Assembly (NCBI GenBank): GCA_029248455.1
Contig: JAQWJH010000042.1
Span: 1-53,531, forward strand
Source: Flavobacteriaceae bacterium
GTDB lineage: Bacteria > Bacteroidota > Bacteroidia > Flavobacteriales > Flavobacteriaceae
Reading direction: 5' to 3'
DNA: 53,531 nt
Positions 18,150 through 26,679 of the stretch are shown here, in pieces. The notes beneath the pieces were generated by a model that was not told the DNA's origin, did not search any database, and saw only the letters and a program-made list of their open reading frames with translations. How positions within the stretch are numbered: the first letter of the stretch is position 1; each line of letters opens with the position of its first letter. Both the position numbers and the translations under genes were made by a program.

Positions 18150-18614
18150 ATGTCTTCTGAATCTTACAAAGTTGATTCAAATAACATTCCTGATGCTTCA
18201 AATTTGAAGATTGGAATAGTAGTTTCAAGGTGGAATCATAGCATTACCGACAACTTATTGAAGGGAAGCATAGCCCTACTAGAGTCAAAAAATACTGCTC
18301 CAGAAAATATTCAAATTATTTACGTTCCTGGAAGTTTTGAATTAGTATACGGTTGCAGAAAAATGCAAAAAAAAGGTGTTGATGTTGTAATAGCGATTGG
18401 AAGCGTTATTCGTGGAGAAACAAAACATTTTGATTTTATATGTAATGCCACTGCCAATGGTATTAAAGATCTTAATATTTCCGGGAATTGTCCAGTTATT
18501 TTTTGTGTTTTGACTGATGATAATATTCAGCAGTCGATTGATCGTAGTGGTGGTAAGTTTGGAAATAAAGGGAAAGAAGCGGCGATCGCTGCCATACAAA
18601 TGGCCTCTATTTGA
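18150..18614 (+). CDS. ribH: 6,7-dimethyl-8-ribityllumazine synthase
   Basis: 154 aa. KIGIVVSRWNHSIT, GSFELV, IAIGSVIRGETKHFDF. Confidence 0.9.
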   Translation: MSSESYKVDSNNIPDASNLKIGIVVSRWNHSITDNLLKGSIALLESKNTAPENIQIIYVPGSFELVYGCRKMQKKGVDVVIAIGSVIRGETKHFDFICNATANGIKDLNISGNCPVIFCVLTDDNIQQSIDRSGGKFGNKGKEAAIAAIQMASI

Positions 18615-19053
18615 AATATTTCTTTGGAACCCAAAGCATTCCAAAACATTCTCCATCTTCCTTTCCTATGTGTTTGTGATGTATTTTATGCCCCCTTCTG
18701 ATTCCTCTTGCGTATTTGTTGTCTATGTTTCTGAAAATTTTAAAACGCTGATGAATAAAAATATCATGAACAATAAAGTAAGTAAGTCCATATAAAAAAA
18801 TACCAATTGCTATAGGAAGACCAAACCAAAAGTCGTACTCACCCCACAAAACAACAAAAATTGCACTAATGCCTGCAAACTGTAAGAAAAATAAATCATT
18901 TCTTTCAAACCAGGAATTATGATCTTTTTTATGATGATCTTTGTGCAAAAACCATAATAATCCATGCATTATGTACTTGTGGGAAGCCCATGCAACGATT
19001 TCCATTAAACAAAATGTAATAGTTATAGTAAAAATCCATAAAATAGTGACCAT
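18607..19053 (-). CDS. crtZ: Beta-carotene hydroxylase
   Basis: 148 aa. His-box motifs HKYIMHG, HKDHHK, HDIFIHQRF, HKIHHKH of the fatty-acid-hydroxylase-type CrtZ. Confidence 0.85.
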   Translation of the reverse strand: MVTILWIFTITITFCLMEIVAWASHKYIMHGLLWFLHKDHHKKDHNSWFERNDLFFLQFAGISAIFVVLWGEYDFWFGLPIAIGIFLYGLTYFIVHDIFIHQRFKIFRNIDNKYARGIRRGHKIHHKHIGKEDGECFGMLWVPKKYFK

Positions 19054-19055
19054 AG

Positions 19056-19895
19056 TTATAAAATATTTAATCGGTAACGCACATAAGATCTAGCCAAAAC
19101 ATTAACTTTTTGATAGTTTGGAACTCTTATTCTTGATGATTTTATTTTAAGAGGGGGAGTTTTTCGCAACTTATTTAATAATTTAAGGTAATATTTGTAG
19201 GCTGTATATACACCAAATTTTGCAGAAGAAGGTAGTTGAAAAATCCCCTTTAATGCATGAGAAAAATCCTTATCAATTTCACTGAGAATAATTTGTTTTG
19301 ACTCTTCATCAAATTCTTCAATATTTAGATTTGGAAAGTAACTTCTATTTAAACCATCATGATCAGCCTTGAGATCTCTTAAAAAATTAACTTTTTGAAA
19401 TGCAGAGCCTAGTGACATTGCATAAGGTTTTAAATTATTGTAGTCCTGATTATTTCCTTTAACAAAAACTTTGAGACACATCAATCCAACAACGTCCGCA
19501 GAACCATAGACATACTGATCAAATTCTTTTTTTGTTAAATATTTACTTTTATCTAAATCAAGTTTCATACTTTTTAAAAAACTATCGACTAATTCATAAT
19601 CAATTTGATAATTGTGTATTGTTTTTTGAAAAGAATTTAATATAGGATTGAGACTTATTTTGTCTTCAATTGATTTTTTTAAATCTTTTTCAAAAAGATT
19701 TAGAAGTTCCTTTTTATCATAATTATGAAAGCTATCAACAATTTCATCTGCAAATCTTACAAAACCATATATATTGTAAATATCTTGTCGGATCGAGCTA
19801 TCTAACATTTTTGTCGCTAGAGTAAATGATGTACTGTAAGATTCAGTAACGATCTTAGAGCAACTTTCAGAAACTTGGTCAAATAGTTTTTTCAT
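19056..19895 (-). CDS. crtB: Phytoene synthase
   Basis: 279 aa. Squalene/phytoene synthase motifs YGFVRFADEIVD and GSADVVGLM...GSAFQKVNFLRDLKAD. Confidence 0.9.
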   Translation of the reverse strand: MKKLFDQVSESCSKIVTESYSTSFTLATKMLDSSIRQDIYNIYGFVRFADEIVDSFHNYDKKELLNLFEKDLKKSIEDKISLNPILNSFQKTIHNYQIDYELVDSFLKSMKLDLDKSKYLTKKEFDQYVYGSADVVGLMCLKVFVKGNNQDYNNLKPYAMSLGSAFQKVNFLRDLKADHDGLNRSYFPNLNIEEFDEESKQIILSEIDKDFSHALKGIFQLPSSAKFGVYTAYKYYLKLLNKLRKTPPLKIKSSRIRVPNYQKVNVLARSYVRYRLNIL

Positions 19896-21352
19896 TACTA
19901 ATAATTAAGTCACTGACAAGTTTTCCAGAAACTATTGCTGGTGGCACACCAGGGCCTGGAACAGTCAGCTGACCACTAAAATACAAATTTTTAAGTTTCT
20001 TACTTTTAATTTTTGGTCTTAAAAAAGCAGTTTGTAAAAGTGTGTTCGCCAATCCATAAGCATTCCCACCATATGAATTGTAATCTTTTTTAAAATCATT
20101 TACACAATAGCTCGTTTTAAAAATGATATTTTTCTTAAGGGTTTGACCAGTCAAATTCTCTAATCTTTTAATAATAATTTCAAAATACTTTTCTCTTGTA
20201 TCATGGTTGTCATTTAGATTTGTTGCAATTGGAATTAAAAAAAAATGCATTTTCACAGCCCTTTGGTGCTGTTTTTGGATTGGTAATTGAGGTGAAATTA
20301 GCATAAAATAGGGGGTCTTTTGGCCAATTTGAAATATCGTAAATATTCTTTGCATGATTGTCAATATCAGTATCAAAAAATAGATTATGGTGAGATACGT
20401 TTTTGAGTTTTTTATCAAAACCTACGTAAAACAATAAAGACGATGGTGCCCATGTTCTCTTTGACCAATATTTTTTTGAATATTGACGAAATTTATTTCT
20501 AAATAGAGTTTCTGTGTGAGCGTAATCTGCTCCTGAAACTACTATGTCACTTTTTATTTTTTTATTATTTATTGTAATGGAATCAACTTTCTTCTCAACA
20601 ATATTTATTAACGTAACCTCATGGTCAACATAATATTTAACTCCTAGTGATTTGCCAAGGTCTACCATTGCTAAAACAACATCGTAAAAACCATTTGTTG
20701 GTTGCCATGTTCCTAAACCATAATCAGCATGGTTCATAAAACTATAAAAGGCTGGAGTATTTGAAGATTTAGCACCAAGAAACAAAACTGGAAATTCAAG
20801 AAGTAATCTAAGTTTTTTGTTTTTAAATCTTTTTCTTACCTCTTTTCTTATATTACTTAGAAATGAACCTGCTTTTAATACTGTTTTTTTTGTTATTAAC
20901 TCAAGGGGGCTTAATCCGGGCATTTTGTATAAAAGATCAGTTACAGCTATTGCATAATTGTCTTTTGCAATTGCCATGAATTTTTCTAACGCAATAGAGC
21001 TACCTTTTTCGTGTTTTTCAAAAACTTTTTTGATCTTTTCTAAAGAATCTTCTATTTCTATAAAATCGTTTTTACCAAAAAACACTTTGTATGCTGGATT
21101 TAATTTTTTTAGGGTATAGTAATCAGATGTTTTTTTTCCAAAATCATTGAAAAACTTATCAAATACATCAGGCATCCAATACCAGCTCGGACCCATATCA
21201 AAAGTAAATCCTTCTTTTTTAAATTGTCTTGCTCTTCCACCTAGGGAATTATTTTTTTCAAAAACCGAAACGTCATAACCTTGTTTTGCTAAATAACAGG
21301 CTGAAGCTAGAGAAGAAAACCCAGAACCGATAATTGAAATTTTTTTACTCAT
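19879..21352 (-). pseudogene. crtI: Phytoene desaturase CrtI split by a +1 frameshift in an A9/T9 homopolymer (20237..20245); may be a sequencing error
   Basis: ORF 20210..21409 holds the FAD motif KISIIGSGFSSLASACYLAKQGY...GGRA through ...APKGCENAFF. ORF 19879..20418 continues FLIPIATNLNDN...GGNAYG...FSGQLTVPGPGVP in the next frame. Deleting one base of the run gives one 490-aa CrtI. Confidence 0.85.
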
Positions 21353-21367
21353 TAAATTTAATGTTTG

Positions 21368-21452
21368 TGCGCACGAGAGGACTTGAACCTCCACGGGATT
21401 AACTCCCACTAGGCCCTCAACCTAGCGCGTCTACCAATTCCGCCACGTGCGC
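21368..21452 (-). tRNA. tRNA-Leu (anticodon GAG), 85 nt, long variable arm, no encoded CCA
   Basis: Reverse complement GCGCACGTGGCGGAATTGGTAGACGCGCTAGG-TTGAGGG-CCTAG...GGAGGTTCAAGTCCTCTCGTGCGCA. The 7-bp acceptor stem pairs. The D-arm is identical to classical bacterial tRNA-Leu. Confidence 0.9.
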
Positions 21453-21464
21453 AAAATTAGGAAG

Positions 21465-21537
21465 TGACCTGGCTGGGGCTCGAACCCAGGACCCTCTCCT
21501 TAAAAGGGAGATGCTCTACCAGCTGAGCTACCAGGTC
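21465..21537 (-). tRNA. tRNA-Lys (anticodon TTT), 73 nt, copy 1
   Basis: Reverse complement GACCTGGTAGCTCAGCTGGTAGAGCATCTCC-CTTTTAA-GGAGAGGGTCCTGGGTTCGAGCCCCAGCCAGGTCA. Full cloverleaf by hand folding. Confidence 0.9.
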
Positions 21538-21541
21538 TTAG

Positions 21542-21614
21542 TGATTTGGCTGGGGTTCGAACCCAGGACCCTCTCCTTAAAAGGGAGATGCTCTACCAGC
21601 TGAGCTACCAAATC
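21542..21614 (-). tRNA. tRNA-Lys (anticodon TTT), 73 nt, copy 2
   Basis: Same body as copy 1, with acceptor stem GATTTGG/CCAAATC and T-loop TTCGAAC. Confidence 0.9.
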
Positions 21615-21635
21615 TTAAGTTAAATTTAATGGCTG

Positions 21636-21643
21636 CAAATATA
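21636..21643 (-). promoter_or_regulatory. Candidate -7 promoter box TATATTTG for the tRNA-Lys/Lys/Leu (and possibly crt) transcript
   Basis: Perfect TAnnTTTG on the minus strand, 21 nt upstream of the 5-prime end of the first tRNA. Confidence 0.35.
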
Positions 21644-21697
21644 GGCTCAATAAATTTATTATTCAAAGAGAATTTCTTATAAATTTGTTATTACAGT

Positions 21698-22252
21698 TTG
21701 AATGATTTGAAAAAAAATAAAACTCCTATAAACTCTCACATAATTATCTTAGGATATATGGCCTGTGGAAAATCTTCAGTGGGTAAATACTTGGAAAAAC
21801 AAACTAACTTAAAATTTATAGATCTCGATGAAATTATTGAAAGAAGTGAGGATATGACGATTTCTAATATTTTTAAATCTAAAGGAGAGGTTGAATTTAG
21901 AAAAATAGAAAATAAAATTTTGATTGAAACTTTAAATTCCTCAGAAACTTCTATTATTTCTTTGGGTGGCGGTACACCATGTTATTTTAATAATATGAAT
22001 TTAATCAATAGTAACTCAAAAAATGTTTTCTTTTTAAATACACCCAATGAAATACTATCAAAAAGGCTTTATCTAGAAAAAGATAGTAGACCTTTAATTT
22101 CTCATTTTAGTTCTTTAAGTCAAATAAAAGAGTTTGTTTCCAAACATATATTTGAAAGAACAAAGTTTTATAACATGGCTGCCCACAAAATATATGCTAG
22201 AGAAAAAAAAATTGAGGAAATTTCAAATGAAATAATCGCCATTATTAGTTAA
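21698..22252 (+). CDS. aroK: Shikimate kinase (TTG start as in the ORF track)
   Basis: 184 aa. P-loop ILGYMACGKSSVGK, DLDEIIE, ISLGGGTP. Confidence 0.8.
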   Translation: MNDLKKNKTPINSHIIILGYMACGKSSVGKYLEKQTNLKFIDLDEIIERSEDMTISNIFKSKGEVEFRKIENKILIETLNSSETSIISLGGGTPCYFNNMNLINSNSKNVFFLNTPNEILSKRLYLEKDSRPLISHFSSLSQIKEFVSKHIFERTKFYNMAAHKIYAREKKIEEISNEIIAIIS

Positions 22253-22745
22253 TAATAGCAAAGGCATTATTTTTTTCAAAAATAACACTCACATTTTCCT
22301 CAATAGAAGTGGATAATGAAATCCCTTTAAAATCTATTTTTATTGGATATTTTTTATGATTTCTGTCTATTAACACAGCAGTATTAAAATTTGACAAAGG
22401 AATATCTAATAAAAATTTGACACCATATAGTAGTGTTCTTCCTGAATTTAAAACATCATCAATTAAAACAATTGATTTATTCTTCATTTTTTTTAAATCA
22501 AAATTATGTTCAATGCCTTTTAATGGATCTTTTTTGTTTATTTGAATTGAATAAAGTGTGATATTCAAATTAGAAATGTGTTTTAATTGATGATAAATTA
22601 ATTCAGCTAAAATATATCCGTTATTTTTAATTCCTATTAAGAAAATTTCTAATTCCTCACTATTATTTTCCAATATTTGATATGCAATCCTTTTAACAAT
22701 CTTATCAATTTGATCTTGCTCTAAAATTTTTTGTGTTTTTTTCAA
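22245..22745 (-). CDS. Phosphoribosyltransferase family protein (PyrR-like)
   Basis: 166 aa with PRPP-binding motif VLIDDVLNSGRT. Confidence 0.75.
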   Translation of the reverse strand: MKKTQKILEQDQIDKIVKRIAYQILENNSEELEIFLIGIKNNGYILAELIYHQLKHISNLNITLYSIQINKKDPLKGIEHNFDLKKMKNKSIVLIDDVLNSGRTLLYGVKFLLDIPLSNFNTAVLIDRNHKKYPIKIDFKGISLSTSIEENVSVIFEKNNAFAIIN

Positions 22746-22769
22746 TTTTTTTTGTTAGTATAATTAAAG

Positions 22770-23129
22770 TTAGTCATTTAAATAATTTTTTAAATCTCTT
22801 CTGTCTTTTTTACTAGGTTTACCATCATACTTAAAATTATTTTTATTTAGATTAATAATTTCCTTTTTATTAATTTCAGAATTTGGAGTAATATTATCAA
22901 TATAAAGGTTGACTATTTTAGCTCCAACTCTTGAATTAGGTAAATCTTTTATGGTGTAGGTGTAATTAATTTGATTTTTTTTGACATTTATCGTCATATT
23001 AGGATAAACTTCATCAGAGGGTTTTAGTGATTTAGAATTCTTTTTTATATGACCTTTCTTACAGGCATTTGAAGCAATTGTTCTTGATTTAAAAATTCTT
23101 GAAAACCATAAAAACTGATCTATTCTCAT
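22770..23129 (-). CDS. S4-domain RNA-binding protein (Hsp15-like)
   Basis: 119 aa. MRIDQFLWFSRIFKSRTIASNACKKGHIK matches the S4 fold signature. Confidence 0.65.
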   Translation of the reverse strand: MRIDQFLWFSRIFKSRTIASNACKKGHIKKNSKSLKPSDEVYPNMTINVKKNQINYTYTIKDLPNSRVGAKIVNLYIDNITPNSEINKKEIINLNKNNFKYDGKPSKKDRRDLKNYLND

Positions 23130-23200
23130 TATTTTAATATCTATATTATTTTTTATCTAAAATATAAGAAAATTGTATCTTGCGCCATATTTATTTGAAC

Positions 23201-24097
23201 ATGAAAAATTTTGTTAAAGTAATTTTTTTTAATCTACTGTTACTGGTAATAATTTATTCTTGTTCAAAAGACCCGTCAGATGCTATTGAAACTGTTCCTG
23301 CCGAGCCAATCGCAAGTCAGTATGCTATTGAAAATGATTCTATAATTGATTTTTTGCAAACACATTTTTATAATTATCAAGATTTTGTGAAATTAAGTTC
23401 TAATGAAACTACAGAATTAATCATTGACACTATATCAGGGGATAACGCTGATAAAATACCCTTATTTAATCAGGTCACTACCATGTCTATCGATATTGTT
23501 GACGAAAACGATGATATCGTTCCTCACAATTTATACTATGTAATTAATAGAAATGGTAATGGAGCTAATCCTACGGTTGCCGATTCAGTTTTTGTTTCAT
23601 ACAAAGGAATGATTCTCAATAAAAGCACCTTTGATTCTAGAAAATTACCTACCTGGTTAGACCAAACATCTGTCGTCCGCGGATTTCAAGAGTTTACTGC
23701 TTTATTAAAAAGAGGTGATATTAATGTTAATAGTAATGGAACATATGGTTTTGAAAATTTTGGAATAGGATTTGTTATTATGCCCTCAGGTCTTGGGTAT
23801 TATAATAGAGCTAGTGTTACAATTCCAGCTTACTCTCCTTTGATTTTTCAAATCAATTTAAACACTCTTAATACGACTGATCACGATGGTGATGGAGTTA
23901 ATTCAATTAATGAAGATTTAGATGGCAATCATATTTTTAGGGATGATGATACAGATGCTGACAACACACCTAACTACTTGGACCCAGATGATGATGGTGA
24001 TGGTGTTTTAACAAAAGATGAATATGACACTGATGGTAATGGTATTCCAGATGATACTGATGGAGATGGTACCCCTGATTATTTAGACAATGATTAA
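23201..24097 (+). CDS. Lipoprotein with FKBP-type peptidyl-prolyl isomerase-like domain and C-terminal Asp-rich calcium-binding (thrombospondin type 3-like) repeats
   Basis: Lipobox-like LLLVIIYSC. FKBP-like VFVSYKGMILNKSTFDS...VRGFQE...PLIFQINL. Tail of DxDxDG-type repeats DHDGDGV, DPDDDGDGV, DTDGNGIPDDTDGDGTPD. Confidence 0.65.
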   Translation: MKNFVKVIFFNLLLLVIIYSCSKDPSDAIETVPAEPIASQYAIENDSIIDFLQTHFYNYQDFVKLSSNETTELIIDTISGDNADKIPLFNQVTTMSIDIVDENDDIVPHNLYYVINRNGNGANPTVADSVFVSYKGMILNKSTFDSRKLPTWLDQTSVVRGFQEFTALLKRGDINVNSNGTYGFENFGIGFVIMPSGLGYYNRASVTIPAYSPLIFQINLNTLNTTDHDGDGVNSINEDLDGNHIFRDDDTDADNTPNYLDPDDDGDGVLTKDEYDTDGNGIPDDTDGDGTPDYLDND

Positions 24098-24101
24098 TAT
24101 C

Positions 24102-24731
24102 CTACAAGTAATAAGATATTGCTAATAAATATAGTTTTCCCTTTGAGGTTATGAATTGATTTTTTATTCCCGCATTCTCTTTCATATATTTAATTTCATT
24201 TTTTTCAAATCCTCTTTCAACTCTAATATCAATTTCGAATTTGGAAATTTTTAATCCAATTCCAAATTGCAGACCTATTCTGTAGTCATTTTTTAAATCA
24301 TTAATATCGAAACTTTCAAAGTCAACATTTTTTACAAATTCAAATCTTGGCCCTGTGAAAACACTTAATTGATTAAAAATATTATATCCAATTAATACTG
24401 GGATATCAATTTTATTTTGATTAAAATTAGTTACAATATTTTCTGTTTTAATAGAAACGTTAGGAATGTCATAATTATTTTTTATTTGAGAATAATTTAT
24501 TTCGGGTTTTAAATAAAAATCTTTAAACGATAATTTTAAAAAACCCCCAAAATGATGTCCCTTGCGAGTTTCAAAAATATTTGAAGTATTTGAAATCGAT
24601 TCTATGTTGGAAGTTATATTTAATTGATTATTAAAATTTATTCCAGCTTTTAATCCGTATTCAAATGAAAAAGACTGACCATAATTGTGTAATGAAATAA
24701 AAATAAAAAAATAAAAAAATATTTTTTTCAA
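24102..24731 (-). CDS. Outer-membrane beta-barrel (porin-family) protein
   Basis: 209 aa. Signal peptide, alternating hydrophobic beta-strand pattern, C-terminal aromatic residue. Confidence 0.55.
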   Translation of the reverse strand: MKKIFFYFFIFISLHNYGQSFSFEYGLKAGINFNNQLNITSNIESISNTSNIFETRKGHHFGGFLKLSFKDFYLKPEINYSQIKNNYDIPNVSIKTENIVTNFNQNKIDIPVLIGYNIFNQLSVFTGPRFEFVKNVDFESFDINDLKNDYRIGLQFGIGLKISKFEIDIRVERGFEKNEIKYMKENAGIKNQFITSKGKLYLLAISYYL

Positions 24732-24734
24732 CGA

Positions 24735-25688
24735 CTATTTTCTTTTAATTATTTCAGATGCGGATTTAATGATTGATTGTGAGTTAAGTCCATACTTTTC
24801 CATTAATTGTTCTGGTGTTCCAGATTCTCCAAAAGTATCATTTGTGGCAATAAAATTTTGAGGTACTGGGTTGTTTTGTGCTAATACTCTTGAAATGCTT
24901 TCACCTAAACCTCCATAATAATTATGTTCTTCAGCCGAAATTAAACAACCTGTCTTAGCTACAGAATTCAATATTATTTTTGAATCGAGGGGCTTGATTG
25001 TGTGAATATTAATAATTTCTGCACTAATTCCAATTTTTTTTAATTCCTCACCAGCTTTTAATGCTTGCCAAACCAAGTGACCAGTTGCAACAATTGTTAC
25101 ATCCTCTCCTTCTTGCATTAATATTCCTTTTCCTATTTGAAATTTTTCTTTTTCATTTGTAAAATTAGGGACTTTAGGTCTTCCGAATCTTAAATAAACA
25201 GGTCCTTTGTATTTTGCAATTTCAATAGTAGCCGCCTTTGTTTGATTATAGTCACATGTGTTAATAACTGTCATTCCTGGTAACATTTTCATTAGTCCGA
25301 TATCTTCCAATATTTGATGGGTTGCACCATCCTCTCCTAGTGTTATTCCAGCATGAGAAGCACATATTTTAACATTTTTATTTGAATATGCAATTGACTG
25401 ACGTATTTGATCATAAACTCTTCCAGTTGAAAAATTTGCAAATGTTCCAGTAAATGGAATTTTCCCTCCAATTGTTAACCCGGCAGCTATCCCCATCATA
25501 TTTGCCTCAGCTATTCCTACTTGAATAAATCTTTCAGGATTTTCTTTTTTGAATTCATTCATTTTTAAAGAACCTGTTAAATCGGCGCAAAGTGCAACTA
25601 CATCATTGTTAGTTCTACCAAGCTCTGTAAGACCATCTCCAAAACCAGATCTTGTATCTTTTTTGCCTAAGTCAGTGAATTTTGTCAT
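24735..25688 (-). CDS. Transketolase, C-terminal (pyrimidine-binding) subunit
   Basis: 317 aa. GIAEANMMGIAAGL, ICASHAGITLGEDGATHQ. Confidence 0.9.
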   Translation of the reverse strand: MTKFTDLGKKDTRSGFGDGLTELGRTNNDVVALCADLTGSLKMNEFKKENPERFIQVGIAEANMMGIAAGLTIGGKIPFTGTFANFSTGRVYDQIRQSIAYSNKNVKICASHAGITLGEDGATHQILEDIGLMKMLPGMTVINTCDYNQTKAATIEIAKYKGPVYLRFGRPKVPNFTNEKEKFQIGKGILMQEGEDVTIVATGHLVWQALKAGEELKKIGISAEIINIHTIKPLDSKIILNSVAKTGCLISAEEHNYYGGLGESISRVLAQNNPVPQNFIATNDTFGESGTPEQLMEKYGLNSQSIIKSASEIIKRK

Positions 25689-25698
25689 ATAAATTTAT

Positions 25699-26538
25699 TT
25701 AATAATCTCCCAGAGTTTCAGGATTTTGGTTTAATGCATTTTTTAATTGTTCATCATTGGGAGCAACCCCATGCCAAGCATGCGTATTCATCATGAAATC
25801 TACTCCATTACCCATTTCGGTATACATTAATATAACAATGGGTTTAGATTTTTTTGTAATAGATTTTGCGTGAGTTAAGGTCTCTAAAATTTTTTCTAAA
25901 TTATTTCCCTCTTTAATTTCTAAAACTTTCCACCCAAACGATTGGAATTTTTCGTTTAAACTTCCCATTGGCAATACATCATCAGTAGAACCATCAATTT
26001 GTTTACCGTTAAGATCAATAGTTACAATTATGTTATCTACTTTTTTTGCAGCAGCAAACATAATTGCTTCCCAATTTTGTCCTTCTTGCAGCTCACCATC
26101 ACCTAATAAGGTGAATATTAAACTTTCATCTTTGTTCAATTTCTTTGATAAGGCTGCTCCAATTGATACCGACAGGCCTTGTCCAAGTGAACCACTAGCA
26201 ATTCTAATTCCAGGAAGACCTTCGTGGGTAGTAGGATGACCTTGTAATCTTGAATTGAGCTTTCTAAAAGTTTTTAGTTCTGAAACAGGAAAATATCCTC
26301 TTCTGGCGAGAACACTATAAAAAACTGGGGATATGTGACCGTTAGAAAGAAAAAACAAATCTTCTTTAACACCATCCATATCAAACTCTAAATTAATTTT
26401 CATTATTTTAAAATAAAGTGCAATGAGAAATTCAGTACATCCAAGGGATCCGCCTGGGTGTCCTGAATTTACCTGATGAACCATTCTTAAAATATCTCTT
26501 CTAACTTGAGTGGTAATATCGTTTAAATTTATATTCAT
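25699..26538 (-). CDS. Transketolase, N-terminal (TPP-binding) subunit
   Basis: 279 aa. SGHPGGSLG, SNGH, GSLGQGLS, GDGELQEG. Confidence 0.9.
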   Translation of the reverse strand: MNINLNDITTQVRRDILRMVHQVNSGHPGGSLGCTEFLIALYFKIMKINLEFDMDGVKEDLFFLSNGHISPVFYSVLARRGYFPVSELKTFRKLNSRLQGHPTTHEGLPGIRIASGSLGQGLSVSIGAALSKKLNKDESLIFTLLGDGELQEGQNWEAIMFAAAKKVDNIIVTIDLNGKQIDGSTDDVLPMGSLNEKFQSFGWKVLEIKEGNNLEKILETLTHAKSITKKSKPIVILMYTEMGNGVDFMMNTHAWHGVAPNDEQLKNALNQNPETLGDY

Positions 26539-26659
26539 TATGTGATGATGATTTAACTTTATAAAATTAAATATATCCTAATAATGAACAAGTTATTTTA
26601 AATGTTTAAATACATTATTAATTAACAATTTGTAATGTTTTTTTGTTTATTAAGTTGAT

Positions 26660-26667
26660 TATATTTG
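26660..26667 (+). promoter_or_regulatory. Candidate -7 promoter box TATATTTG for tgt
   Basis: Perfect TAnnTTTG, 12 nt before the ATG at 26680. Confidence 0.4.
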
Positions 26668-26679
26668 ACTATTTAGAAT

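Noticed and set aside
18150-18614. ribH close to the photolyase clusters as a supplier of a lumazine antenna chromophore
   Set aside because: The recF/TPR/ribH neighbourhood looks like ordinary conserved synteny. Lumazine antennae are documented for other photolyase subfamilies, not shown for this one. Nothing in the sequence links them.
21353-21409. N-terminal extension of the crtI ORF (MGVNPVEVQVLSCAQTLNL)
   Set aside because: It is a translation of the tRNA-Leu gene. The real start is the MSKKISIIGSG methionine at 21352.
23870-24097. Repetitive Asp-codon-rich DNA that could be a tandem repeat or array
   Set aside because: It is in frame within the FKBP-like lipoprotein gene and encodes degenerate DxDxDG calcium-binding motifs. 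There are no regular direct repeats with spacers.
24735-26538. Transketolase apparently split into two ORFs, possibly a frameshifted gene
   Set aside because: The two parts are complete N-terminal (TPP-binding) and C-terminal subunits with their own start and stop and a 10-nt gap. This is the known two-subunit transketolase arrangement, not a disruption.
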